Shown: positions 34,878 through 41,718 of the stretch, piece by piece
How the letters are laid out: every line of letters starts with the position of its first letter
How positions within the stretch are numbered: the stretch's first letter is position 1
IMG/VR virus record: IMGVR_UViG_3300028585_000037
Location: 1 to 41,718 of that record
Strand: one strand, 5' to 3'
Origin: a virus
Taxonomy: Duplodnaviria > Caudoviricetes
DNA length: 41,718 nt
Position numbers and translations under genes: made by a program
The notes under the pieces: generated by a model
Databases searched by the model: none
What the model saw: the letters and a program-made list of their open reading frames with translations, nothing else
Told to the model about the DNA's origin: nothing

Positions 34878-35080
34878 TGGCTGCCGCTGTTCATGTCCAC
34901 GCCCAACCCGATCGTGCCGCGCTCGAGGTCGCCCATCGCATGCTGCGCACCCCTACTCCAATTGACGAAATGCTGCGCCACCCGGCGTTCCAGCTGGTGC
35001 TGAACATGCTGGCGCGCCGGCACATGCGGCGCCGCGACCAGGTCGACGTGAAGAAGCTTCAGGCCAACGACAACGATTAA
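34877..35080 (+). CDS. Small hypothetical protein ending DVKKLQANDND
   Basis: 67 aa from the coupled ATG at 34877. Confidence 0.65.
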   Translation: MAAAVHVHAQPDRAALEVAHRMLRTPTPIDEMLRHPAFQLVLNMLARRHMRRRDQVDVKKLQANDND

Positions 35081-35116
35081 CCCGCCCACCCGGGCAACCA
35101 CCACGAGGAAACGCCA

Positions 35117-35641
35117 ATGTTCACTTCTCTGCATGCGCTCGCCAAACAGGCGACGCTGATGATCACCATAGCGCCCGAGGGCGACGACCAGCTGCGCGTA
35201 AACGTCACCCCGGTGCCGGCCGACAGCAAAACCAAAGCCAAGCTGCCCCAGCCGCTCTCCCTGGTGGCCACGCCGGCCGAGTTCGACAGCGATTTCGCGA
35301 CCGCCCTGACCAACTGGGTAGCGCCGAAGCGCTCGCTGGTCCAGCAGGTGCAGGACGTGGTCGGCGACCAGGCCGCCTCGCCGGCTGCCGTCATTGAAGC
35401 GCCGAAGCCCGATGGCAAGGCTGATGCGAAGGGCAAGGGCGGGCGCAAGAAAAACATCGACAAGCCTGCAGCAGAACAGGATGGCGCCAGCGCGCCGGAC
35501 GGCGGCGATGCTGCAGATGAAGCGCCGGCAGGCGACGCCATCCAGGCGCCGGACGCCGATGGATCGGCGGTGCCGGCACCAGCAGCGCCAGTAGCAGCTA
35601 CCGACGCTGCGATCGACGTGCACACCCTCGACCTCTTCTAA
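35117..35641 (+). CDS. PRTRC system protein E
   Basis: MFTSL..LRVNVTP..PLSLVATPAEFDSDF N-domain plus low-complexity Ala/Asp/Pro tail ending TLDLF. Confidence 0.85.
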   Translation: MFTSLHALAKQATLMITIAPEGDDQLRVNVTPVPADSKTKAKLPQPLSLVATPAEFDSDFATALTNWVAPKRSLVQQVQDVVGDQAASPAAVIEAPKPDGKADAKGKGGRKKNIDKPAAEQDGASAPDGGDAADEAPAGDAIQAPDADGSAVPAPAAPVAATDAAIDVHTLDLF

Positions 35642-35653
35642 CGGAGCAAGCAC

Positions 35654-35860
35654 ATGGAAATTCAACAACTTACGCGCGAATTCAACTACAACGGCGTCGC
35701 CCTGGCTGACCCGAGCCCGGCGTTCTCCCTTCCCCAGGTGCGCGACTTCTTCGCCAACGTGTATCCGGAGATCACCAGCGCCGACATCGAAGGCCCAAAG
35801 CAGGTCGGCGCCAAGCAGATCTACACGTTCCGCCGCGCCGTCGGCACCAAGGGCGCCTGA
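35654..35860 (+). CDS. PRTRC system protein C, prokaryotic ubiquitin-like protein
   Basis: LTREF.YNG..LADP...VRDFFA..YPEITSA.IEGP...F.RAVGTKG pattern. Confidence 0.9.
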   Translation: MEIQQLTREFNYNGVALADPSPAFSLPQVRDFFANVYPEITSADIEGPKQVGAKQIYTFRRAVGTKGA

Positions 35861-35863
35861 GCC

Positions 35864-36061
35864 ATGAACCGGAAACTCGCCCTCCAGTGCCTGCGCGCCG
35901 GCGGCCGCCTGCAACCAGGTGAGCGCGCGGTGAACGTGCTCACCGAGGAACAAGCGGACATGCCGCTGGCGCGCCAGCTTTCCCGCGTCATCGGCGAGGC
36001 CGCGCGCGTTACCGGACCGCGCTGCCTGGCGCCGTCCGCGAACCACTTGGTGCTGCCATGA
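35864..36061 (+). CDS. Small hypothetical protein inside the PRTRC cassette
   Basis: 65 aa filling the gap between C and F, with ATGA overlap. Confidence 0.6.
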   Translation: MNRKLALQCLRAGGRLQPGERAVNVLTEEQADMPLARQLSRVIGEAARVTGPRCLAPSANHLVLP

Positions 36062-37098
36062 ACGCGCCCCTGGCCCTGCCTCTGTTCGCGCCGGACGTGC
36101 CGATGCACTACACGATCCCGGGCATCGACACGCTGACCGTGCCATTGACGATCGCGCTGCTTGAGGCGGACGTCATCAGCAACGCGATGCTGCGCGCGCC
36201 GCGCAATGCGCTGCTGGTCGACGTGTTCGGCGAGACCGAGAAGCGGCTGTGCGAGCGCGCGCTGGCGCACTGGTGGACGTGCCTGATCCGTGCGAACTCA
36301 TGCAAGTTTTTCAGGTGGGAGCTGCATGTGCAGCAGTTGGAGAACGACGGGCACGGCCACGATATGACGACGACGGCCTGGTTCTGCTTCAACCGCATGG
36401 GGGATGAAATCCCACGCTTTGCCCTGTCGCGTGGAATCGAACGCCTTGAGGCCACGCTGGAGGGCTTTGGCCAGACGGTGCTGGCGGTGCTGCGCGAGGC
36501 AACAAACCTGTTGCCGGATTCGTTCACCCCGTGGGTCGCAGTCGGCTGGGCCGAGTGGCTGCACTGGGACAACTCCGGTGACGACAAGGAAATGATCGAG
36601 GATTTCGCCGAAATGAACGGCATCACAGTAGAGAACGCGCTGGCGAACTACGACTTGATAACCAGGGCGAAGTTCTTCGACAACGTGCCCGAGTGGGTGT
36701 GCCGTCCGCGCCAGGTTGTATCGCGCGCTGCCATCGGCGCCGCCGGCACCGGCGACTTTGAGCGTCGCGTGATCGATGTCTGCGACGCGCTGCATGCGCT
36801 GGTGCACCGCCCTGATTTCGTCCTCGAGCCTATGGACAAAGGCGCATACCGCTGCGGCCACGACACGATCGACGGCGCAATGGTCCTGCTCTGGAACGAA
36901 GGCGACGTAATCGGACAGGTGATCGACGACTACCTTGAGCAGGTCGGCAACGCGGGAGACTACTGCGAATTCATCGATGCCAACCCCGTGCCGATGACCG
37001 TCGCCGGCATTCGCGAATTCCAGATCCGGACCGAGCAGACCCTGCAGGTCGCGGTCCTGACCGAAAAACTGATCCTGCTGCTGGGAGAGAAATTTTGA
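36058..37098 (+). CDS. PRTRC system protein F (alpha-helical)
   Basis: LE...GFGQTVLAVL...FTP..A...W pattern and position in the cassette. Confidence 0.75.
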   Translation: MNAPLALPLFAPDVPMHYTIPGIDTLTVPLTIALLEADVISNAMLRAPRNALLVDVFGETEKRLCERALAHWWTCLIRANSCKFFRWELHVQQLENDGHGHDMTTTAWFCFNRMGDEIPRFALSRGIERLEATLEGFGQTVLAVLREATNLLPDSFTPWVAVGWAEWLHWDNSGDDKEMIEDFAEMNGITVENALANYDLITRAKFFDNVPEWVCRPRQVVSRAAIGAAGTGDFERRVIDVCDALHALVHRPDFVLEPMDKGAYRCGHDTIDGAMVLLWNEGDVIGQVIDDYLEQVGNAGDYCEFIDANPVPMTVAGIREFQIRTEQTLQVAVLTEKLILLLGEKF

Positions 37099-37838
37099 GC
37101 CTCATACCTGTAAAAATCCTGGGCACCGGCGAAACCACGCTGAGACTGACTGGCGCCGTGCTGATGTACCAGTCCGGCCGCGGCGACATTTACGCGACTT
37201 CGCACCAGGTGGTGCAAGACGCAAGTCCATTGGGACGCCCGGTGATCGGCGCCGGCGTGCCGCTGTCGAAGGGAAGCTTGGCCAAGTTTGCCGAGGCGGT
37301 GTCGACCGCAACTGCATTTTCGGGCTTCCTGCCAGAAAACCTGCTGTTCAGCTCGCCGAACCTGATCGCCTGGTGGACGCCGGCGCAGGTGCGTGCGACC
37401 TGGTTCAAGAAAGCAGGCGTCGGCGAGATCTCGGGGCATGGCCCAGCTGCGCACCCTGCCCTCGTGTTCGTGGCCACGCCCACCGACTGGTTCGTGTTCG
37501 CGCTGCGCGACAGCGCGCGCCCGGCGCCGACCACGCGGCTGTACCACGCCCCGCACTTCAACGTGTGGACTGGCGGCCGCATCTGTACGGGCAATGTCGA
37601 TCTGCCGCCAACCTTCGGCGCCGAAGTGGTCGACCGCTACGAGACCGCATTCTTCCGCAGCCACTTTACCCACCCAAACCGCAGCGACGCCGTGAAGTAC
37701 AAGGGCGGCATGCAAAAGCTCTGGCAGGACCAGCTGGCCGAACCCAATCCCGAAGCGATGCGCCGCGCGCTCGTCGATTCGAAAGAAACCCTGCAAGCCG
37801 CGATCGCGCGCATTGCTGACCGCACCACTACCAACTGA
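37095..37838 (+). CDS. PRTRC system protein B, E2-like conjugating enzyme
   Basis: WWTP, HPALVF, LYHAPHFNV..G.IC164.G (the only Cys in the protein), FFRSHFTH. Confidence 0.88.
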   Translation: MSLIPVKILGTGETTLRLTGAVLMYQSGRGDIYATSHQVVQDASPLGRPVIGAGVPLSKGSLAKFAEAVSTATAFSGFLPENLLFSSPNLIAWWTPAQVRATWFKKAGVGEISGHGPAAHPALVFVATPTDWFVFALRDSARPAPTTRLYHAPHFNVWTGGRICTGNVDLPPTFGAEVVDRYETAFFRSHFTHPNRSDAVKYKGGMQKLWQDQLAEPNPEAMRRALVDSKETLQAAIARIADRTTTN

Positions 37839-37853
37839 TTACAAGAGGAAGAC

Positions 37854-38627
37854 ATGGACAAAAAAGAATTCTCCAGCCAGTTCGCCGAGCTGCTCGACAT
37901 CACCCGCTCGTCGTTCGACACGTTCCTGGCCACTGCCGAAACCGTGCTGCGCGAGCAGCGCCCGCTGCCGCTGGCCGTCGACGAAGCCAACGCGCCGGCC
38001 GAGCTGCTGCGGCTGGACCAGGCCCTGCTGGCCGCCGCGCCGGTCGCCGCCGTGCCGCGCCACGTACCATTCCACCCGCTGCAGGAGAACGGCCACCGCT
38101 TCCTGCTTGCTGCCGACGGACTGCACCTCGAGGTGCGCCGCCCATGGCTGCACTTTATCCACAGGCTCGCCGAGCACACCAGCGTGGCGATCCCATACGG
38201 CGCCATCGAAAAGAAATGCATGCTCGACTTCGGTACCATCGGCAGCGCGCTGCCGCAGATGAAGGAATTCGCGGCAAAGGCGAAGGTCGACGCGCCGATC
38301 GAGGCGGCCGCAAGCCTGCTGTGGGACCACACCGCGCGCGCCTGGCGCATTGCCTATCCAGAAGTGATCGGCGAGGCCAGCGCGAGCCGCATCCAGTACA
38401 ACCAGGTCGAGGTCGGCGACAACGAGAGCCTGGTGATCGATCTGCACAGCCACGGCCACATGGGTGCGTTCTTCAGCGATACCGACGACACCGACGACCG
38501 TGGCGCGGTGAAGATCTCGGCCGTGTTCGGCAACCTCGACGCCGACAAGCCCACGGTCGCCTTCCGGCTGTGCGTGCTGGGCCTGTACATCCCGATCCCG
38601 GTGCCGGCCGAGAAAGTGTTCGGGTAA
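37854..38627 (+). CDS. PRTRC system protein A, JAB/JAMM metalloprotease
   Basis: E150 ... H198-S-H200-x7-S208-x2-D211 complete JAMM motif. Confidence 0.9.
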   Translation: MDKKEFSSQFAELLDITRSSFDTFLATAETVLREQRPLPLAVDEANAPAELLRLDQALLAAAPVAAVPRHVPFHPLQENGHRFLLAADGLHLEVRRPWLHFIHRLAEHTSVAIPYGAIEKKCMLDFGTIGSALPQMKEFAAKAKVDAPIEAAASLLWDHTARAWRIAYPEVIGEASASRIQYNQVEVGDNESLVIDLHSHGHMGAFFSDTDDTDDRGAVKISAVFGNLDADKPTVAFRLCVLGLYIPIPVPAEKVFG

Positions 38628-38631
38628 TCGC

Positions 38632-39411
38632 ATGCCGCACATCACGCCACCCCACCTGCTGCAGCGCGCCGCGCGCGTGGCCCTGATCGGCTGCGGCGGC
38701 AACGGCTCGCAGATGCTCACCGGCCTTGCCCGCCTGAACCACGCCATGACGGCGCTGGGCCACCCCGGGCTCGAGGTGCGCGTCTACGATCCGGACACAG
38801 TCAGCGAGGCCAACATGGGCCGCCAGCTGTTCGGCGCGTTCGACGTCGGCGCCAGCAAGGCGCACGTCCTGGTCAACCGGATCAACGCGTTCTTCGGCCT
38901 GAACTGGCAGGCCGTGTTCGGCCGTTTCGACGGGCGTGACCACATGTACGACATCGCGATCGCCTGCGTCGACAGCGCGCGGGCCCGGGCCGAGATCGAG
39001 AACATCCTGGAAGCGCGCAACGTGCAGTACCTGATGGACCTGGGCAACCGCGCGGCCGACGGCCAGGTGCTGTTCGGCGAGCGGCACACCAACCGCGTGC
39101 TGCCGCCGGGCAGCGTCGGCCTGCCCAGCCCATACGAGGTGCTGCCGGAACTGATCGACCTGCAGGCGCCAGAGGACGATACGCCGAGCTGCGGCTTGGC
39201 CGAAGCGCTCGAGCGCCAGGAGCTGTTCGTGAACCAGTCGGTGGTCACGCCGGCGCTGTGCATCCTGTGGGAGTTTTTCCGGTACGGCCGGCTGACCTGG
39301 CACGGCGCGTTCGTGAATCTGCGCACCGGCAGCATGCGGCCGCTGAACGTGCGCGAGGCGGCGCCAGCGCCAGCGCCGGAACTGAAAATTAAATTGGAAG
39401 GGATGGTATGA
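38632..39411 (+). CDS. PRTRC ThiF-family E1-like adenylyltransferase
   Basis: GCGGNG, DPDTVSEANMGRQ, CVDS, DLGN and PSC187. Confidence 0.93.
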   Translation: MPHITPPHLLQRAARVALIGCGGNGSQMLTGLARLNHAMTALGHPGLEVRVYDPDTVSEANMGRQLFGAFDVGASKAHVLVNRINAFFGLNWQAVFGRFDGRDHMYDIAIACVDSARARAEIENILEARNVQYLMDLGNRAADGQVLFGERHTNRVLPPGSVGLPSPYEVLPELIDLQAPEDDTPSCGLAEALERQELFVNQSVVTPALCILWEFFRYGRLTWHGAFVNLRTGSMRPLNVREAAPAPAPELKIKLEGMV

Positions 39412-39938
39412 GCAACAACACGGATCAAAGCCGCGTCGGACATCTGATACAAAGACTGGGTGTTTGGGGAGACATCAACAGCCTGGAAGCTCTCCGGAGA
39501 CTTGTACGAGATGACGGCTATGCAGCTTCGTTTCAGAACCTGGCGCAGTACCGCGACGCGCTGCTCCAGCACTTGAAGAAATGGGCAGTGGCGCAGGCCG
39601 CGCAACAAGCCATAGTTCGGACCTGGCGCCAGCGAATCAACGCGTCCCCGGACTTTCCCCTGCACGCGCCGAACGACGTCGAGCGCGCGATGGTGGCCGA
39701 GATTGCCGACCTGCGCGCCGCCCTCGCGCATCAACCAGCGCTGGAGCAGGGCAAGCCGGTGGCGTGGGCTGTCGTCGTCGGCGAGAACATGCAGAACACC
39801 ATCCACATCACCGTTCACGAGGAAGAGGCACAGGGGGAGTACGAAGCCAGCACGGCCGGTGGCTTTGAAAGCGTCTACAACTTGGTGCCGCTGTACGCCG
39901 CCGTAATTTTAATGAGTGAGGGCGGTGAGCGTGGCTGA
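39408..39938 (+). CDS. Hypothetical phage protein
   Basis: 176 aa, ATGA-coupled to E1; PVAW...PLY motif common in accessory early genes. Confidence 0.65.
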   Translation: MSNNTDQSRVGHLIQRLGVWGDINSLEALRRLVRDDGYAASFQNLAQYRDALLQHLKKWAVAQAAQQAIVRTWRQRINASPDFPLHAPNDVERAMVAEIADLRAALAHQPALEQGKPVAWAVVVGENMQNTIHITVHEEEAQGEYEASTAGGFESVYNLVPLYAAVILMSEGGERG

Positions 39939-40137
39939 TCAATTGCGAGCTATTGGGATCAGGTTCATTATCGGCACGCTCGCCGGCATAGCCTTCGCCG
40001 TTGTGGGTGCAGCCCTTGGCCCCACGACACTAGTGGTCACGTTGCTTGGCATTGGAGCATTGCTAATCGTCGTGGCGCACTTTTTGAGGACGCGCTCGCA
40101 GCAAGAGCGCAGCGCCAGTACTTTGAAGGAATACTGA
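39931..40137 (+). CDS. Small 2-TM membrane protein
   Basis: Two hydrophobic segments; probable GTG 39931. Confidence 0.5.
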   Translation: MADQLRAIGIRFIIGTLAGIAFAVVGAALGPTTLVVTLLGIGALLIVVAHFLRTRSQQERSASTLKEY

Positions 40138-40139
40138 CG

Positions 40140-40397
40140 ATGAGCGCGATTTTCGAACTGACGCTGCAATCGGAGACATTGAGCGCTGACGAGATCAGCG
40201 AGATTTCCGGCTGCAGCCGCAAGGGTGATCAGATCGACTGGTTAAGCCGGAATGGATGGGTGTTCATTCAGAATCGTGCCGGCCTGCCGATCATCGGACG
40301 GCTGTATGCACGCCTCAAGCTCGCTGGGATAAATCCGGCGCTACTGGCAACGCCAGAGGCAGGAGGGTGGCAGCCGGACTTCTCGAAGGTTCAATAA
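40140..40397 (+). CDS. Excisionase-like protein (DUF4224-like)
   Basis: LSADEISEISG..Q..WL..NG.F..G.P and WQPDFS; directly upstream of int. Confidence 0.78.
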   Translation: MSAIFELTLQSETLSADEISEISGCSRKGDQIDWLSRNGWVFIQNRAGLPIIGRLYARLKLAGINPALLATPEAGGWQPDFSKVQ

Positions 40398-40406
40398 AGG
40401 TAGGAA

Positions 40407-41465
40407 ATGCGACCGAAAACGAGCGGCAGACAACTGCCGCCGCGCATGCTTGCGCGAAAAAAGAAACTCAAGTCCGGAAAAATCTGGATCGGCTACTACT
40501 ACAACGGGCGGGATCCCGACGGTAAGCGCATTGAGATCCCGCTGGGTACCGACCTGGTTGCAGCAAAACGGAAATGGGCCGAGCTAGAGTGCAAGGACGT
40601 GCCGCCCGACGCGACGTTGATGAAATACGCTTTCGACCAGTACGTGCGGGACATCTTGCCGAAGAAGGCACCGTCGACGCAACGGGAGAACATGCTCTGC
40701 TTGTCGCAGTTGCGCCCGGTGTTCGACAGCGCGCCGATCGACGCTATCCTGCCGCAGCATATCGCCCGCTACCGCGACGCCAGGTCGGCGCCGGTGCGCG
40801 CTAATCGGGAGATCGCCCTGCTTTCGCACGTCTTCAACATGGCGCGCGAGTGGGGCTTTACGCAAAAAGATAATCCGTGCCGCGGCGTGCGGAAGAACAA
40901 GGAGACGCCGCGCGACTACTATGCCGAGGCCGATGTCTGGGATGCTGTGTTCGCTGCCGGCAGCCAGGCGCTGCGCGACGCGATGGATCTCGCCTACCTG
41001 TCCGGGCAGCGGCCGGCTGACGTGCTCAAGATGCGCGTGGTCGACATCCGGAATGACGAGCTGCATGTCCTGCAGAACAAAACGCGCCACGCCCTGCGGA
41101 TCCGACTGCATATTGATGGCGCACCGACGCAGCTGGGCGCCTGCGTGGACCGTCTAATGGCGCGGCCGGTGAAGTCGATGAGTGGCGTGCTGGTGTGCAC
41201 TGAAGAGGGTCAGGCGCTGACATCGAAGATGCTGCGCGATCGCTTTGATGCAGCGCGAGCGACAGCAGCCGCGGCGGCTGAGAAGTCCCGCAACGATGAT
41301 CTGGCGAAACGAATCAAGGCGTTCCAGTTCCGCGACATCCGCCCAAAAGCTGCGAGCGAAATCGCGAGCCTGGAGGACGCAAGCAAGCTGCTCGGCCACA
41401 CCGACAAGCAGATCACGCAGAAGGTTTACCGGAGGGTTGGCGAGGTCGTGAAGCCGACGAGATAA
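40407..41465 (+). CDS. int: Prophage integrase (tyrosine recombinase)
   Basis: YYY arm domain, ANRE, GQRPADV, QNKT, FRDIR, LGH and VY; adjacent to att. Confidence 0.95.
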   Translation: MRPKTSGRQLPPRMLARKKKLKSGKIWIGYYYNGRDPDGKRIEIPLGTDLVAAKRKWAELECKDVPPDATLMKYAFDQYVRDILPKKAPSTQRENMLCLSQLRPVFDSAPIDAILPQHIARYRDARSAPVRANREIALLSHVFNMAREWGFTQKDNPCRGVRKNKETPRDYYAEADVWDAVFAAGSQALRDAMDLAYLSGQRPADVLKMRVVDIRNDELHVLQNKTRHALRIRLHIDGAPTQLGACVDRLMARPVKSMSGVLVCTEEGQALTSKMLRDRFDAARATAAAAAEKSRNDDLAKRIKAFQFRDIRPKAASEIASLEDASKLLGHTDKQITQKVYRRVGEVVKPTR

Positions 41466-41471
41466 GGCGGG

Positions 41472-41496
41472 AGTTGCGGAGATCGGTTCCGCAACT
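41472..41496. repeat. Inverted arm-type site pair after int
   Basis: AGTTGCGGA-GATCGGT-TCCGCAACT; same TTGCGGA motif as the left arm. Confidence 0.55.
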
Positions 41497-41556
41497 TGTG
41501 AAATGAAATGATTGAAACGTTAAAAATTCCGCTGAAATTGGCAAGAATCAGATACG

Positions 41557-41585
41557 AAAAAGCCGTTGAATATCAACGGCTTTTT
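41557..41585. terminator. Bidirectional terminator for the tRNA and int (phage-supplied)
   Basis: AAAAAGCCGTTGA-ATA-TCAACGGCTTTTT. Confidence 0.85.
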
Positions 41586-41594
41586 GATGTTTTC

Positions 41595-41657
41595 TGGCGG
41601 AAGCGGTGAGATTCGAACTCACGAACGGCTCACACCGTCGGCAGTTTTCAAGACTGC
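41595..41657. repeat. att core, right copy
   Basis: Identical to 195-257. Confidence 0.97.
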
Positions 41658-41684
41658 TGCCTTCAACCACTCGGCCACGCTTCC
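41595..41684 (-). tRNA. tRNA-Ser(UGA)
   Basis: 90 nt GGAAGCG...CGCTTCC-G-CCA; anticodon arm GCAGT-CTTGAAA-ACTGC, long variable arm, GTTCGAAT T-loop. Confidence 0.97.
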
Positions 41685-41718
41685 TTGGAGGAAGTGGCAT
41701 TATACATAAATCATCAGT

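Larger units (their letters stand above)
195..41657. mobile_element. Complete temperate prophage (siphovirus morphology, HK97-like head, lambdoid immunity region) integrated at tRNA-Ser(UGA)
   Basis: 63-bp direct repeats of the tRNA 3' end bound a full set of integration, immunity, replication, packaging, head, tail and lysis genes with no obvious frameshifts; unit length 41,400 bp. Confidence 0.96.

Noticed and set aside
38632-39411. ThiF/MoeB for thiamine or molybdopterin synthesis, or CBASS Cap2
   Set aside because: No cofactor biosynthesis genes or cyclase nearby; context is Ubl plus E2-like plus JAB (PRTRC)
34694-39818. Long minus-strand ORFs (483, 278, 302, 276 and 344 aa)
   Set aside because: Antisense to the motif-bearing, coupled PRTRC genes; no recognisable domains
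1-41718. CRISPR array, IS element, diversity-generating retroelement or tail-fibre invertible cassette
   Set aside because: By eye, no repeat-spacer array, transposase, reverse transcriptase or duplicated fibre ends were seen

Overview
The window is an apparently intact ~41.4-kb temperate siphovirus-type prophage with an HK97-like head and lambdoid control. It is integrated in the 3' half of a minus-strand tRNA-Ser(UGA) gene: a 63-bp direct repeat lies at 195-257 and 41595-41657, exactly 41,400 bp apart. High GC and the gene families suggest a Betaproteobacterial (Burkholderiales, possibly Massilia-like) host, which is inference. On the minus strand, read right to left, are: cro, small regulators, replication initiator with phased iterons, DnaB, a second tyrosine recombinase, Q-like gene, HNH, terminases, portal, protease, capsid, a 1023-aa SGNH-esterase/FN3 protein, neck, tail with a -1 frameshift, tape measure, a minimal tail tip, a SAR-endolysin lysis cassette and an adenine methyltransferase. 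On the plus strand are cI, a membrane protein, a PL-type early operon, xis-like gene and integrase. The most notable feature is in the repressor-controlled early operon. Where lambdoid phages usually carry recombination genes, it has a PRTRC-type ubiquitin-like conjugation cassette (Ubl, E1/ThiF, E2-like, JAB protease, proteins E and F) with intact-looking catalytic motifs and no ParB or protein D. Other highlights are a near-perfect LexA box in front of the methyltransferase, a DnaB-coupled second recombinase next to an AT-richer PD-(D/E)xK-like moron, an esterase-bearing protein in the head-neck module, and apparently leaderless cI and cro. All family assignments come from motif recognition by eye; no searches were run.
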